A stretch of DNA of 64,000 bases. Source: Synechococcaceae cyanobacterium ELA445. Its GTDB lineage: Bacteria; Cyanobacteriota; Cyanobacteriia; PCC-6307; Cyanobiaceae. Positions within the stretch are counted from its first letter, which is position 1. Each line of letters begins with the position of its first letter. The DNA lies in contig JBAXME010000005.1 in the NCBI GenBank assembly GCA_037134455.1, positions 1,159 to 65,158 of the forward strand, in the 5' to 3' direction. Positions 1-10,731 of this stretch are shown piece by piece. Under the pieces are notes generated by a model, which searched no databases, was not told where the DNA came from, and saw nothing but the letters and a program-made list of their open reading frames with translations. The translations under genes and the position numbers were made by a program.

Positions 1-1
1 C

Positions 2-1972
2 CCGTCCTGCTTCCCCGAATGGGCCCTGGGGCCCATGCCCCACGTCTATCCCTTCATCGTCAATGATCCGGGTGAAGGCAGCCAGGCCAAGCGCCGGGCC
101 CAGGCGGTGATCCTTGACCACCTCACCCCACCCATGGCCCGGGCGGGCCTTTATGGCCCCTTGCTGGAGCTCGAAGCACTGCTCGATGAGTACTGGGAGG
201 CCCACCAGCTGGGCAGTGCCCGACAGGTGGGCCTGAAGCAACGGCTGACTCTCTGCCTGGAGTCCCTCCAGATGGACCTGGATCTTGAGGCGGCCGACGG
301 TTACCTCTGTGAACTCAAGGAAGCCCAGATCCGCACCGGCCTCCACACCTATGGTCAGCTACCGCCGCCCCGTCAACTGGCGGAGCTGCTGCTGGCCCTG
401 GCCCGGCCTCCGGTGCCCGGCGGTGCAGGCCTCACCCAGGCCCTTGCCCTCGACGCTGGCCTGGCGTTCGATCCCTGGGGGGATCCCGAGGAGCAGGAGC
501 TCGGCGAGGGGGACCGTGTCCTGCTGGGCCATGGCGTTCGTCGGGTGGGGGATGGGGTAGCCCTGTTGGAGCAGCGGGCCCTGGACCTGATGGAGGCCCT
601 GATCAATGGCACTGGGGCCCCCATGGTGGACTGGGGCGGCGGCAGTGCAGCGGTGCTGGAGCGCGTGCGCACGGGCCTGTTGCCCAACCTGCTGGCCTGT
701 GGCGAAGAGGAACGGAAGGCTTTCCTGGCGGCCCTCGCGGGAGAGCGGATCGCCGCCGGACCCTCAGGGGCCCCCACCCGTGGACGCCCCGATCTGCTGC
801 CCACCGGCCGCAACTTCTACAGCGTCGATCTGCGGGGGCTGCCAACGGAGGCGGCCTGGGACCTGGGTCGCCGCAGCGCCGAACTGCTCATTGACCTGCA
901 TTTGCAGGAGGAGGGGGAGGATCTGCGCCACCTGGCCCTCTCGGTATGGGGGACCGCCACCATGCGCAACGGCGGCGAGGACATCGCCCAGGCCCTGGCC
1001 CTGATGGGGGTTCGGCCCGTGTGGGACGGTCCCACCCGCCGGCTGGTGGAGGTGGAGGCGATCCCACTGACCCTGTTGGGAAGGCCCCGGGTGGATGTGA
1101 CCCTGCGCATCTCGGGACTGTTCCGCGACGCCTTCCCCCAATTGGTGGGCTGGTTCAACCGTGCCACTGCTCTGGTGGCAAGCCTGGATGAGACGGAAGC
1201 GGTGAACCCCCTGGCCGCCACCGCCCGCCGGGAGGGCCACGCCTCCCGGATCTACGGATCCGCCCCCGGGGCCTACGGAGCGGGGCTGCAGGGGCTGATC
1301 GACAGCGGCCACTGGGAGGAGCGGGGCGACCTGGGCGAGGCCTTTCTGAATTGGAGCGGATGGCGTTACGAGGGCTCAGGGTCGGCAGGCTGCGAGGCGG
1401 TGGCGGACCGGGCGGGCCTGGAAAATCGGCTGCGCCAGGTGCAGGTGGTGCTGCACAACCAGGACAACCGGGAACACGACCTGCTGGATTCCGACGACTA
1501 TTACCAGTTCCACGGCGGTCTGAGTGCCGCAACCGAGCGTGTCCGGGGCCGTGCACCGGCCCTCTGGTTCGGTGACCATTCCCGCGCCCAGAGGCCCCGG
1601 ATGCACCGACTGGAGAAGGAACTCGACAAAGTGCTGCGCTCCCGGGTGCTCAATCCCCGCTGGATCGAGGGGATGCGGGCCCACGGCTACAAGGGGGGGT
1701 TCGAATTGGCGGCGAGCCTCGATTACCTCTTCGCCTACGACGCCAGCACGGGCCGGGTGCCGGACTGGAGTTATGGAGCGATCTGCAACCAGTGGCTGCG
1801 CTCCGACTCCGTGCTGGCTTTTCTGCGGGACTGCAACCCCTGGGCGCTGCGGGACATGGCCGAACGGCTATTGGAGGCCCGCAACCGAGGGCTGTGGGAG
1901 GGGGCCGAACCTGGGCAACTGGAGCACCTGCGTCAGTTGGTGCTCAGCAGCGAGGAACTGGTGGAGGGCTGA
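2..1972 (+). CDS. cobN: Cobaltochelatase subunit CobN, C-terminal half (gene starts upstream of the window)
   Basis: Frame open from base 2 (PSCFPEWALGPMPHVYPFIVNDPGEG). CobN motifs LPTGRNFYSVD, GRPRVDVTLRISGLFRDAFP, DSDDYYQFHGG and GYKGGFE. Confidence 0.95.
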   Translation, partial: PSCFPEWALGPMPHVYPFIVNDPGEGSQAKRRAQAVILDHLTPPMARAGLYGPLLELEALLDEYWEAHQLGSARQVGLKQRLTLCLESLQMDLDLEAADGYLCELKEAQIRTGLHTYGQLPPPRQLAELLLALARPPVPGGAGLTQALALDAGLAFDPWGDPEEQELGEGDRVLLGHGVRRVGDGVALLEQRALDLMEALINGTGAPMVDWGGGSAAVLERVRTGLLPNLLACGEEERKAFLAALAGERIAAGPSGAPTRGRPDLLPTGRNFYSVDLRGLPTEAAWDLGRRSAELLIDLHLQEEGEDLRHLALSVWGTATMRNGGEDIAQALALMGVRPVWDGPTRRLVEVEAIPLTLLGRPRVDVTLRISGLFRDAFPQLVGWFNRATALVASLDETEAVNPLAATARREGHASRIYGSAPGAYGAGLQGLIDSGHWEERGDLGEAFLNWSGWRYEGSGSAGCEAVADRAGLENRLRQVQVVLHNQDNREHDLLDSDDYYQFHGGLSAATERVRGRAPALWFGDHSRAQRPRMHRLEKELDKVLRSRVLNPRWIEGMRAHGYKGGFELAASLDYLFAYDASTGRVPDWSYGAICNQWLRSDSVLAFLRDCNPWALRDMAERLLEARNRGLWEGAEPGQLEHLRQLVLSSEELVEG

Positions 1973-1988
1973 GCCTCCGGTTCCTCAC

Positions 1989-2516
1989 TCAGCCGTTGAG
2001 GTCCTTGGCGATGCTGCGCCAGGCCTCGGTGGAGCCTGGTTTCGCTGCTTGCTGGGAAACCACCGATTGGCCCTCACTCCCTTCTCCCTTCACCTTGCGG
2101 GGGGCGGGTGCGGCTCCACCGGGCTGGTTCACGCCCGCAACGGACGCTCCATTGAGACGTTGGTTGAGTTCGCTGGCGGTGAGCCTTTCGGCGAAAGTCT
2201 TCTTGACGGGCTTGGGCACGCCGCCGGTGAGGTCGATGGGGGCATCGGCCTTGACGGTGCCAGGAAAACCGGTGGTGGCCTTCTCCACCCGGGCGTCCAT
2301 GGAGTCCACCTCCTGGATGAACTCTTTGCCGCCGGGGTTGTCAGCGCTGCCAGGGAAGGTGCGACGGATCGTGTTGGGACTCCGCATGAACTCCACATTG
2401 CCCAGGCTGCTGGAGGAATCCGCATCAAGGAAGAAGGTGGCCTCGTCCTTCTTGGGCTTCTCGTCCCTGTTCTGGCTCCAGGTGCGGTTGCCCAGCAAGC
2501 GGTCGAACAGTCCCAT
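1989..2516 (-). CDS. Hypothetical protein
   Basis: ORF 1989..2588; likely start MGLFDRLLG at 2516. Conserved-looking core FFLDADSSSSLGNVEFMR...IRRTFP. No family recognised. Confidence 0.7.
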   Translation of the reverse strand: MGLFDRLLGNRTWSQNRDEKPKKDEATFFLDADSSSSLGNVEFMRSPNTIRRTFPGSADNPGGKEFIQEVDSMDARVEKATTGFPGTVKADAPIDLTGGVPKPVKKTFAERLTASELNQRLNGASVAGVNQPGGAAPAPRKVKGEGSEGQSVVSQQAAKPGSTEAWRSIAKDLNG

Positions 2517-2545
2517 CGACGACGTGAGGAAAACGTGACTAGACC

Positions 2546-3199
2546 CTAGCGACCATCCAGCTCCAGACCATGGGTATCCGTACCGCAACTACGCAAAAGT
2601 CCGAGATTTGTCAGCTGGGTGTCGATCGCTTCGCAGACCAACGGCGTGGGGTGCCAGCGGCCCTGCATGCCGTAGTCGTACCAGGCTTCCGCGCCGTCAA
2701 AACCCAGGCTGGCAGCGGCGGTGATCAGACGTCGGTGGGAAAGACGATAGCGAGCCGGATGGGCAAGCAGGGCCAGGCCACCGGCTTCGGCAATGGAGTC
2801 TCGGACCGCTGCCGCCTGCAGCGCTTTGCCCACCACGGACTGGCCCCGCAGATAGGGCTGTAGGGCTGGGTGGTCCCGCTGGAATCCCAGGGCGAGCACG
2901 TGTACCAGGCAGCCCTCCAGCAGGCAACTGATCTCCGCACCGGTCCATAGCATGGGCGTGGGCCGCCCCGTCCTCCGTTCGGCCTCCAGCAGCTCCTGCA
3001 TCGGCCCGTAGGCATCGATGCTGTGGTGGTCCGTGACAGCGAAGTGCTCCAGGCCACGATCGATCGCCTGGCGAGCCAGCTCCTCGGGGTGCAAGCTGCC
3101 GTCGCTGCAGTGGGTATGGCAGTGGAAATTGAACCGGTCGGGGCAACTGGAGGCCGTGACCTGCTCCAGCACAGCCGCCAGGGGATGGCCCCTAGCCAC
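2546..3199 (-). CDS. PHP-domain metal-dependent phosphoesterase
   Basis: FHCHTHCSDG, AVTDHH, LAHPARY and CGTDTHG PHP metal motifs. GTG start at 3199 overlaps the hemJ stop. Confidence 0.88.
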   Translation of the reverse strand: MARGHPLAAVLEQVTASSCPDRFNFHCHTHCSDGSLHPEELARQAIDRGLEHFAVTDHHSIDAYGPMQELLEAERRTGRPTPMLWTGAEISCLLEGCLVHVLALGFQRDHPALQPYLRGQSVVGKALQAAAVRDSIAEAGGLALLAHPARYRLSHRRLITAAASLGFDGAEAWYDYGMQGRWHPTPLVCEAIDTQLTNLGLLRSCGTDTHGLELDGR

Positions 3200-3782
3200 C
3201 GGTGGCCAGGGCCTCCTCCCCCTCGGCCCGCAGGCGACGCCAGCGGGCATAAAACTGAATGGATACAGCCATGAACACCACCAAGGCCACCAGGAACCAG
3301 GTGGCCGCCCCGGTGGGGAACTGGGCCTTGAACACCACCAGCATCACCACCAACACAAGCAACAGTGTGGGCAATTCATTGAGGGCCCGGAGCTGTTTGC
3401 CGCCCCAGCAGCACGTGCCCTTCTCCAGTTGGCCCATCAGGCGATAACAGAACAGGTGGTAGGCCAGCAGGGCCACCACTCCGGCGAGCTTGGCGTGCAT
3501 CCAGCCCTGCTTCAGCCAGGCAGGCTCCAGCGCCAACAAACCCACGGCCATGGCCACGGTCACCACCAAACCCGGGGTGGTGATGATGTTGGCCAATCTG
3601 CGCTCCATCAGCACGTACTGGTTCTTAAACGCGGAGCGCACGGGTTCCTCCCGCTCCTCGGCTTCCACGTGGTAGATGAACAGCCGCACCAGATAGAACA
3701 GCCCTGCGAACCACACCACCACGCCCACAATGTGGAGCGTCTTGAACCACAGGTAGGCCTCGGGGGGGAGGGCCAGGTTCAT
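3192..3782 (-). CDS. hemJ: Protoporphyrinogen oxidase HemJ
   Basis: WFKTLHIVGVVVWFAGLFYLVRLFIYH, MERRLANII and NELPT motifs; multi-pass membrane protein. Confidence 0.93.
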   Translation of the reverse strand: MNLALPPEAYLWFKTLHIVGVVVWFAGLFYLVRLFIYHVEAEEREEPVRSAFKNQYVLMERRLANIITTPGLVVTVAMAVGLLALEPAWLKQGWMHAKLAGVVALLAYHLFCYRLMGQLEKGTCCWGGKQLRALNELPTLLLVLVVMLVVFKAQFPTGAATWFLVALVVFMAVSIQFYARWRRLRAEGEEALATGG

Positions 3783-3784
3783 GG

Positions 3785-3958
3785 TCAGGGCTGGTTGAAC
3801 AGGCCCTCAAGGTAGAGCTCCCGCACTTCGGGCTGGGCAACGCCCTGCTGCACAAGGAACTGGGCAAGGGCTGTCTGGAGCAGGGCATTGGCCTCCAGAC
3901 CGGGCCGACGCCGCAGAAAGCCCTGCATCGCCTCGATCAGGTCGCCCGGCAGCTCCAT
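3785..3958 (-). CDS. Small cyanobacterial protein, DUF2811-like
   Basis: MELPGDLIEAMQGFL...LLQTALAQFLVQQG...LYLEGLF resembles DUF2811 from memory; start uncertain. Confidence 0.6.
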   Translation of the reverse strand: MELPGDLIEAMQGFLRRRPGLEANALLQTALAQFLVQQGVAQPEVRELYLEGLFNQP

Positions 3959-4137
3959 CTGCAGCCCAGAGACCCCAGGGGCACTACCCGTAGTGTCGCC
4001 GCAATCCATGGGGCAGCCATCTGGTGGAAGGAGCCACAAGATCCACCCCCAAGCGCTCGCTGTCAAGGGGCCTTGTGCCCAGTCCCCAGGACCAGGCAGC
4101 CATGAGATGCTCGGCCCAGGAAGGGCAAGGGTGACCG

Positions 4138-5490
4138 ATGGCCGAGCGCTGGGATCTGGTGGTGGTTGGAGCCGGCTCCGGTGGCCTGGCCGCCAGCAAG
4201 CGGGCCGCAGCCCACGGCGCGCGCGTGGCCCTGATCGAGGGGGATCGGGTGGGGGGCACCTGTGTGATCCGCGGCTGCGTGCCGAAAAAGCTGCTGGTGT
4301 ACGGCTCGGCCTACCGGGAACTGCTGGCCAACGCCGCCAGCTTCGGCTGGGACCTTGAAGGGGTGCAGTGCCGTCCGGCCACGCTGCTGGCCAACGTGCG
4401 CGCCGAGGTGGATCGTCTCGATGCGCTTCATGTGTCCCTGCTGCAGAAGGCAGGGGTTGAACTGATGCGGGGCTGGGCCCACTTCGAGGATCCCCATCGC
4501 CTCACGGTCTCCAACGCCAACGAAACCCAAACGATCGAAGCCGAGCGAGTGCTGGTGGCGGTGGGGGGCCGGCCGCTGCGCCCGGCCCTACCCGGGGCGC
4601 AGCTGGCATGGGTGAGCGACGACCTGTTTCTGCAACCAGACCTACCGGAGTCGATCGTGATCGTCGGCGGTGGTTACATCGCCTCGGAATTCGCCTGCAT
4701 CCTGGTGGGGCTGGGGGTGCGGGTGACCCAACTGGTGCGCCGCGATCACTTGCTGGCCGGTTTTGACCGGGAGCTGGCGGATGCGGTGCAGGCCGGCATG
4801 GAGGAACTGGGGGTGGACCTGCGCTTCAGCACCTCACCGGAGCGGATCGATGGCGAGCCCGGTTCCCTCCACCTCACCACTGCTGCCGGTGAAGGGCTTG
4901 AGGCGGCGGCAGTGCTGCTGGCCACCGGACGGGAACCCTTTACGGAGGGCCTCAACCTCGACGCGGCCGGGGTACGGCGCGAAGGCCAGCGGATTCCAGT
5001 GGACGCCGACCAGCGCACCAATGTGGCCCACATCTATGCGGTGGGCGACGTAACCGACCGCATCAACCTCACCCCTGTGGCGGTGGATGAGGGCCGCGCC
5101 TTCGCCGACAGCGTGTTCGGCAGCAAGCCTCGCCGCACCAGCCACGAGCTGGTGGCCAGCGCCGTGTTTACCCAACCGGAACTGGCCAGCGTGGGCCTGA
5201 GCGAAGAGCAGGCCAAGGAGCGTTACGGCGAAGCCGGGGTTCGGGTGCACCGGGCCCGCTTCCGCAGCATGGCCCTGGCCCTGCCCAAGCGGGGGCCCCG
5301 CTGCCTGCTCAAGCTCGTCGTGGAGGTCGCCACCGACCGGGTGCTGGGGGCCCACATGGTGGGGGAACACAGCGCGGAGATCATCCAGATGGCGGCCATT
5401 GCCCTGGGCATGGGGGCCACCAAGGCCGACTTCGATCGCACCATGGCCCTCCACCCCAGCGTCGCCGAGGAATTCGTGACCATGGGCTGA
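4138..5490 (+). CDS. gor: Glutathione-disulfide reductase
   Basis: GAGSGG FAD motif, GGTCVIRGCVPKK redox disulfide, C-terminal HPSVAEEFVTM. Confidence 0.95.
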   Translation: MAERWDLVVVGAGSGGLAASKRAAAHGARVALIEGDRVGGTCVIRGCVPKKLLVYGSAYRELLANAASFGWDLEGVQCRPATLLANVRAEVDRLDALHVSLLQKAGVELMRGWAHFEDPHRLTVSNANETQTIEAERVLVAVGGRPLRPALPGAQLAWVSDDLFLQPDLPESIVIVGGGYIASEFACILVGLGVRVTQLVRRDHLLAGFDRELADAVQAGMEELGVDLRFSTSPERIDGEPGSLHLTTAAGEGLEAAAVLLATGREPFTEGLNLDAAGVRREGQRIPVDADQRTNVAHIYAVGDVTDRINLTPVAVDEGRAFADSVFGSKPRRTSHELVASAVFTQPELASVGLSEEQAKERYGEAGVRVHRARFRSMALALPKRGPRCLLKLVVEVATDRVLGAHMVGEHSAEIIQMAAIALGMGATKADFDRTMALHPSVAEEFVTMG

Positions 5491-5508
5491 GATGGAGAAG
5501 CCCCTGGT

Positions 5509-7467
5509 TCAGCAGGCTTCCACCTCCAACCCATCCCGTTGGCTCTCCTCCTCCTCGGGGTGGAAGTAGATCCGAATCGATCGGGCCAGGGAGGGGCCCA
5601 CCCCCGGGGCCGCCGCTATCTGCTCCAGGCTCGCCAGCTGGATGGCATCGATCGAGCGGAAATGGGCCAACAGCTCCTTGACCCGCCGCGGACCCAGACC
5701 AGGGATGTCACTCAAGCGGGAACGCTTCATCCGCTCGCCCCTCTGCTGGCGGTGGAAGCTGACGGCGAAGCGGTGGGCCTCATCCCTCAACCGCCTCAGC
5801 AGTAGCACCCCCAGCTGATCCGGCTCACTTTCCACCGGTTTACTGGCCCCCGGCAGAAACACCTCCTCCCGCTGCTTGGCCAGGGAGCAGACCACCAACT
5901 CCTCATGCAGATCAAGCTCCCGCAGGGCCTCCATCACCGCCGACAGCTGGCCCTTGCCGCCGTCGATCATCACCAGATCGGGCCAGTCGTTGAGGCCGCC
6001 CGTGTGCAGGGTGGTGCCGGTGAGCTTGCGCAGTTCCGCCAGGTTGGTTCCCTCCGCCTTGGCCTGGGCCCAGCGGCGGAAGCGCCGCCGCATGATTTCG
6101 GCCATGGCCATGAAGTCATCGCTGTGGCCGGCGCCGATGCTGCTGCTCTGGATCTTGTATTTGCGGTAATGCTGCCGGGCCGGTAGTCCGTCCACGAACA
6201 CCACCTGGGAGGCCACCGCGTCGCTGCCCTGGATGTGGCTGATGTCGTAGCCCTCAATCCGCCGCGGTGGCTGGGGCAACTCCAGCAGCTGGGCCAGATC
6301 CTCGGTGGCCAGCTGGTGTTGCTCGGCGCTGCGCTGGGCCCGGGTGAGCTCGAAGCCGGCGTTGCGCTCCACCAGTTCCACCAGATCGGCTTTCTGTTGG
6401 CGCTTGGGGTGCTGCAGGCTCACCTTGCGGCCCCTGCGCTCGGCCAGCCAGTCGGCCACCAGTTCTTGCTGGGGCAAGGCGTGCTGCACCAGCACCTCAG
6501 GGGGGATCTCCACCGGCTCCACCTGGCCGTAGTGCTCCTCCATCACCCGCTGCAGGATGGCGCCCGGGGTGGCGATCGAGGCGTCGGCGGTGTAACCCAG
6601 CCGACCCACCAGCTTGCCGGCCCGCATCTGGAACAGTTGCACCGCCGCCACCCGTTCATCGGACGCCAGGGCGATCACATCCCGGGACACGGAACTGTCG
6701 CCCAGGCTCATCTTCTGGTCTGCGGTGAGGGTCTCCAGCCCCTGGAGTTGATCCCGCACCAGCGCTGCCTGCTCAAAGTCAAGCCGTTCGGCACAACGCT
6801 CCATCTGGGCCGTCAGCAACTCCAGCAGTTCGTCGTTGCGGCCCTGGAAGATCATCGCCACCTTGCGCAGCAGGCGCTGGTAGTCATCGGGGCTGATCTT
6901 CTGCTGACACACCCCTGGACAACGGCCAATGTCGAAGTTGAGACAGGTGCGGTCGCGGAAGAGGGGCTGGGGCCGCTGGCGCATCGGGAACACCCGCTTC
7001 ACCAGGGCCAAGGTGCGGCGCAGCAGGCCCACATCCACATAGGGCCCGTAGAAGCGGTCGTGGGGTTTGCGGAAGCGGCGCTGGCGCGTGATGAAGATCC
7101 GGGGGTAGGGCTCGCTCCAGGTGATGCAGAGGTAGGGGTACTTCTTGTCGTCCTTGAGCAGCACATTGAAGTGGGGCTGGTGCGACTTGATCAGGTTCGA
7201 CTCCAGCGCCAGGGCCTCCGCCTCGCTGTCGGTGACGATGAACTCGATCTCGTGCACCTGCCGCACCATCAAGCTGATGCGGGGGCTGAGATCGTGGGAC
7301 TCGCGGAAGTAGCTGCGCACGCGGCTGCGCAGGCTTTTCGATTTGCCGATGTAAAGGATGCGGTCGTCGCCGTCCCGCATCAGATAACAGCCAGGTTCCG
7401 CAGGAAGCTCCTTTAAGCGGATCTCCAGCCGCTCCGGTTGGAGCACTAGGGGCTCCGCCACGCTCAA
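5509..7467 (-). CDS. uvrC: Excinuclease ABC subunit C
   Basis: GIY-YIG N-terminus ([24 protein letters not shown]), [17 protein letters not shown]-terminal HhH. Confidence 0.97.
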   Translation of the reverse strand: MSVAEPLVLQPERLEIRLKELPAEPGCYLMRDGDDRILYIGKSKSLRSRVRSYFRESHDLSPRISLMVRQVHEIEFIVTDSEAEALALESNLIKSHQPHFNVLLKDDKKYPYLCITWSEPYPRIFITRQRRFRKPHDRFYGPYVDVGLLRRTLALVKRVFPMRQRPQPLFRDRTCLNFDIGRCPGVCQQKISPDDYQRLLRKVAMIFQGRNDELLELLTAQMERCAERLDFEQAALVRDQLQGLETLTADQKMSLGDSSVSRDVIALASDERVAAVQLFQMRAGKLVGRLGYTADASIATPGAILQRVMEEHYGQVEPVEIPPEVLVQHALPQQELVADWLAERRGRKVSLQHPKRQQKADLVELVERNAGFELTRAQRSAEQHQLATEDLAQLLELPQPPRRIEGYDISHIQGSDAVASQVVFVDGLPARQHYRKYKIQSSSIGAGHSDDFMAMAEIMRRRFRRWAQAKAEGTNLAELRKLTGTTLHTGGLNDWPDLVMIDGGKGQLSAVMEALRELDLHEELVVCSLAKQREEVFLPGASKPVESEPDQLGVLLLRRLRDEAHRFAVSFHRQQRGERMKRSRLSDIPGLGPRRVKELLAHFRSIDAIQLASLEQIAAAPGVGPSLARSIRIYFHPEEEESQRDGLEVEAC

Positions 7468-7946
7468 CCGCCGTAGGACCAGCCTGTGGCCGCCAGATCA
7501 AGGGCCGCGCCATCGCGATGCAGCACGGCGCTTTTCACCTCGCCAACGAACACCGTGTGGTCGCCATGGGCCACCTGGCCCACCAACTCACATTCCACCG
7601 CCCCGAGGGCGTCGTCGAGGATGGGCAGGCCCAGCTCGCCGAGTTGGAAGGGGGCGGCCTCAAACCGTCCGCCGACCCCCTGCTGGGGCTTGAAGAACAC
7701 GGCAGCAAGGTCTTTTTGATCGGCCGCCAGCACGTTGAGGGAAAAACGGCCCGTGCGCTGGATGATGCCGTTGCTGGTGGAGTCAGCGCGCACGCCCACC
7801 ACCACCAGCGGCGGCTCGAACGAGCCCTGGGTGACCCAGCTGGCGGTGAAGCCGTTCACCACCTCCCCCTCCGCCACACCGCAAACAAAAAGCCCGTGGG
7901 GAATCTTGCGCAGAAGGGTTTTCTTGGCGGGGAGGTCGAGGGCCAT
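7464..7946 (-). CDS. Flavin reductase-like FMN-binding protein
   Basis: [17 protein letters not shown] and [10 protein letters not shown]; stop overlaps the uvrC start by 4 bp. Confidence 0.88.
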   Translation of the reverse strand: MALDLPAKKTLLRKIPHGLFVCGVAEGEVVNGFTASWVTQGSFEPPLVVVGVRADSTSNGIIQRTGRFSLNVLAADQKDLAAVFFKPQQGVGGRFEAAPFQLGELGLPILDDALGAVECELVGQVAHGDHTVFVGEVKSAVLHRDGAALDLAATGWSYGG

Positions 7947-8034
7947 GGACAGGGGCTCTGGGCTCAGGAATGACACCAACTCTAGGCAGGGGCTATGGCC
8001 GAACCGGGCTGGGAGGCTCCATAGGATCGGGCCC

Positions 8035-8526
8035 ATGAACGTGCTCTACCCCGGCAGCTTCGATCCCCTGACCCTGGGGCACCTCGATCTGATCGAGCGC
8101 AGCGTGCGCTTGTTCGACGGCGTGGTGGTCGCGGTGTTGCAGAACCCCAGCAAGACCCCCAGCTTCCCCCTGGGGCAGCGGCTGGAGCAGATCCGGTTGG
8201 CCACCGCGCACCTGAAGGGGGTGGAGGTGAGCAGCTTCGACGGCCTGACCGTGGACTTCGCCCAGCGCTGCGGTGCCACGGTGATTCTGCGGGGTCTGCG
8301 GGCCCTGAGCGATTTCGAATTCGAACTCCAGATTTCCCACACCAACCACAGCCTAGCGCCGGCGGTGGAGACCCTGTTCATGGCCACGTCCGTGCAGCAC
8401 AGCTTCCTCAGCAGCTCGGTGGTGAAGGAGGTGGCCCGCTTCGGTGGCGACGTTCGTCACATGGTGCCAACGGGAGTGGCGGAGGATCTCGCCAGGCTCT
8501 TTAATCGGTCAGCCCCGCAAAACTGA
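8035..8526 (+). CDS. coaD: Phosphopantetheine adenylyltransferase
   Basis: [31 protein letters not shown] and [18 protein letters not shown]. Confidence 0.96.
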   Translation: MNVLYPGSFDPLTLGHLDLIERSVRLFDGVVVAVLQNPSKTPSFPLGQRLEQIRLATAHLKGVEVSSFDGLTVDFAQRCGATVILRGLRALSDFEFELQISHTNHSLAPAVETLFMATSVQHSFLSSSVVKEVARFGGDVRHMVPTGVAEDLARLFNRSAPQN

Positions 8527-8527
8527 G

Positions 8528-9472
8528 ATGACCGAGACCCGGCTCACCGTGCTGGATCAACTGGATCAGCTCGAGGATGTGGTGCTGGACGGCAGCCGCA
8601 TTCCTTTCAGCGGTGGACGCCTGGTGAACGAGCAGGAGGCCATCGAGGTGCTCGATGCTCTCCGTGGCGCCCTGCCCGTGCAGTTCACCCAGGCGGATGA
8701 GCTGATCCGCCAGAGGGAGAGCTTCATCAGCCAGGCCCGGCAGCAGGCCGACGAAATCCTCAGCCAGGCCCGCCTGCAACGGGAACAGCTGATCAGTGCC
8801 GCCTCCGTGCGCCAGGAGGCCGAGCGCCAGGTGGGGGAACTGCGGGAGCAGGCCCGCCAGCAGTGCGAGCAATTGCTGCTGCAGACCCGCCAGCAGGTGG
8901 CCCAGGCAGAACAGGACAACCAGACCAGGCTGGCCCAGATGGAGCAGCAGTTCGGTGCCCGCCGGCAGCAGCTGGAGCAGGAGTCGCTCCAGCGCCGCCA
9001 GCAACTCGACCAGGAGTACGTGGAGATCAAGCGTCAACTGGTGGACCAGCACGAACGCGCCCGGCAGCAGAGCCTCCAGGAACTGGATCAGATCCGCCAG
9101 GAAAGCCTGCGGGTCCAACGGGAAAGCCAGGCGGAAGCTGAACGGCTCCATGCCGACGCCCTTCAGTTCCGCCAGCAGACCCAACAACAATGTGAAGGCT
9201 TGATCAGTCGCTCCAGGGCCGAAGCCGGGGCTGTGCAGGAAGGGGCCAACCGCTACGCCGAGCAGGTGCTCGGGGAGCTGGAGGGCCGCCTGCAGGACAT
9301 GGGCAAAGTGGTGGCGGCCGGTCGTCGCGAACTGGTGCGCTTGCAGGCCACCGATCCTGCTGCTCTTAGCCCGGTCAAGGCCGATGAGCGCAACGGAGCT
9401 TCCAACCCCCCGCCCATCGGCAGGGCCCGAAGGGCCGCCGAACGGCTCAGACAGGCGGCCGGCAGAGGCTGA
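8528..9472 (+). CDS. DivIVA-like coiled-coil protein, probable cyanobacterial division factor Cdv3
   Basis: Long Q/E/R-rich coiled coil starting 1 bp after coaD; N-terminus LDQLEDVVLDGSRIPFSG. The Cdv3 call rests on remembered coaD linkage. Confidence 0.7.
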   Translation: MTETRLTVLDQLDQLEDVVLDGSRIPFSGGRLVNEQEAIEVLDALRGALPVQFTQADELIRQRESFISQARQQADEILSQARLQREQLISAASVRQEAERQVGELREQARQQCEQLLLQTRQQVAQAEQDNQTRLAQMEQQFGARRQQLEQESLQRRQQLDQEYVEIKRQLVDQHERARQQSLQELDQIRQESLRVQRESQAEAERLHADALQFRQQTQQQCEGLISRSRAEAGAVQEGANRYAEQVLGELEGRLQDMGKVVAAGRRELVRLQATDPAALSPVKADERNGASNPPPIGRARRAAERLRQAAGRG

Positions 9473-10730
9473 CGTCCTGCACCTGCAGCAGGATTCTGCC
9501 GATGGTGGTGTTGGGCACCGAGGCGCCGTTGGAGATCATGCTCACGTAGCGCGGACCATCGACGGTGTCGAGGATGCCGGAGATGGAGCGCACCCCAGAA
9601 ATGGTGCCGGTCTTCCCACGGAAATTTCCCTCGATTCGGGTGCCGATGAACAGGTGCTTGAGGGTTCCCCGGCGGCCGGCGATGGCCATGGAGGCTTGGT
9701 AGTTGGCGGCGTAGGGGTGTTGGGCCATGCGCACCAGGAGGGCCGACAGCAGGCGGCTGGTGACCCGGTTGGCCCGGTCCAGGCCGCTGCCATCGGCCAC
9801 GGAAACCCCGGCCATGGGCAGGCCCTGCTGGTTCAGCCACTGCATCTCCAGTTGGCGAGCCGAGGCCAGGTTCCAGGTGCCGCTGGCGGAGCGCAGCAAC
9901 ACCTCTGACGTGAAGTTGTGGCTCTCGGTGTTGGCCAGGCTGAGCAGGTCATGCATTGGAGCTGAAAGTTCCTCATGCAGCAGCACCATGTCATCGCTGG
10001 CTTGCGGCTGGGCAGCCACCAGGGAGATCTGCACCCCTTTGCCCCCCTGGCGGGCCATCTCCTGCTGCAGGAGGCGCTGCAGACGGCCGATGGGATTGGG
10101 AATGGCTGCTTCGATGGCGTTGCTGGTCAGGGCCAGGCGGGTGATCGGGGCGCCATAGGCCTCGGCCCGATCCTCCAGGTGCCAGCCCTTGGGCCACCAG
10201 TTGGGTAGGGGTTCCTCCGCCAGCTGGAGCCGCACCAGGGAGGGAACGGTGCCGGAGCTGCCACCGGAGCCCAGGGCAAGCTTGGCGAAACGCTGCATCT
10301 GGGGCATGCCCAGGTCAGGATCGCCGTTTCCGGTGAGGCGCAGGGTGCCATCGGGAAGGCGCCAGAGCTGGGTGCGCAGCCGGAAATCGGGGCCCAGCCG
10401 GTCGAGGGCGTAGGCCGTGCTGATCAGTTTCTGGTTGGAGGCCGGAAGCCGTGGTTGTTGGCCGTTGATGTCCGCCAGGAGCCGGCCCGATCCATCCGCC
10501 ACCGTCACACTCCAGACGGGAGCTTCGCCGCCCACGGTGGCCACCAGGCGCTGCTGCAGGCTCGGACAACTGGCGACCCCCTGGAGCTGGGGCAAGCCAA
10601 TCGGCGGCGGGGCCGGGGGCAGCGACGCCATGGGGACCGCCATCTCCTGGGCCCGGAGCAGGGGCGCAGGCAGGGCGATCAATGCCGTCGCCAGCGTGGC
10701 TAGCAGGACCGGCCGGGGGGAGGTCACCAT
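9447..10730 (-). CDS. dacB: D-alanyl-D-alanine carboxypeptidase/endopeptidase (PBP4, peptidase S13)
   Basis: PASNQK (SxxK), SHN (SxN) and GKTGT (KTG) motifs; N-terminal signal peptide. Confidence 0.92.
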   Translation of the reverse strand: MVTSPRPVLLATLATALIALPAPLLRAQEMAVPMASLPPAPPPIGLPQLQGVASCPSLQQRLVATVGGEAPVWSVTVADGSGRLLADINGQQPRLPASNQKLISTAYALDRLGPDFRLRTQLWRLPDGTLRLTGNGDPDLGMPQMQRFAKLALGSGGSSGTVPSLVRLQLAEEPLPNWWPKGWHLEDRAEAYGAPITRLALTSNAIEAAIPNPIGRLQRLLQQEMARQGGKGVQISLVAAQPQASDDMVLLHEELSAPMHDLLSLANTESHNFTSEVLLRSASGTWNLASARQLEMQWLNQQGLPMAGVSVADGSGLDRANRVTSRLLSALLVRMAQHPYAANYQASMAIAGRRGTLKHLFIGTRIEGNFRGKTGTISGVRSISGILDTVDGPRYVSMISNGASVPNTTIGRILLQVQDVSLCRPPV

Positions 10731-10731
10731 C

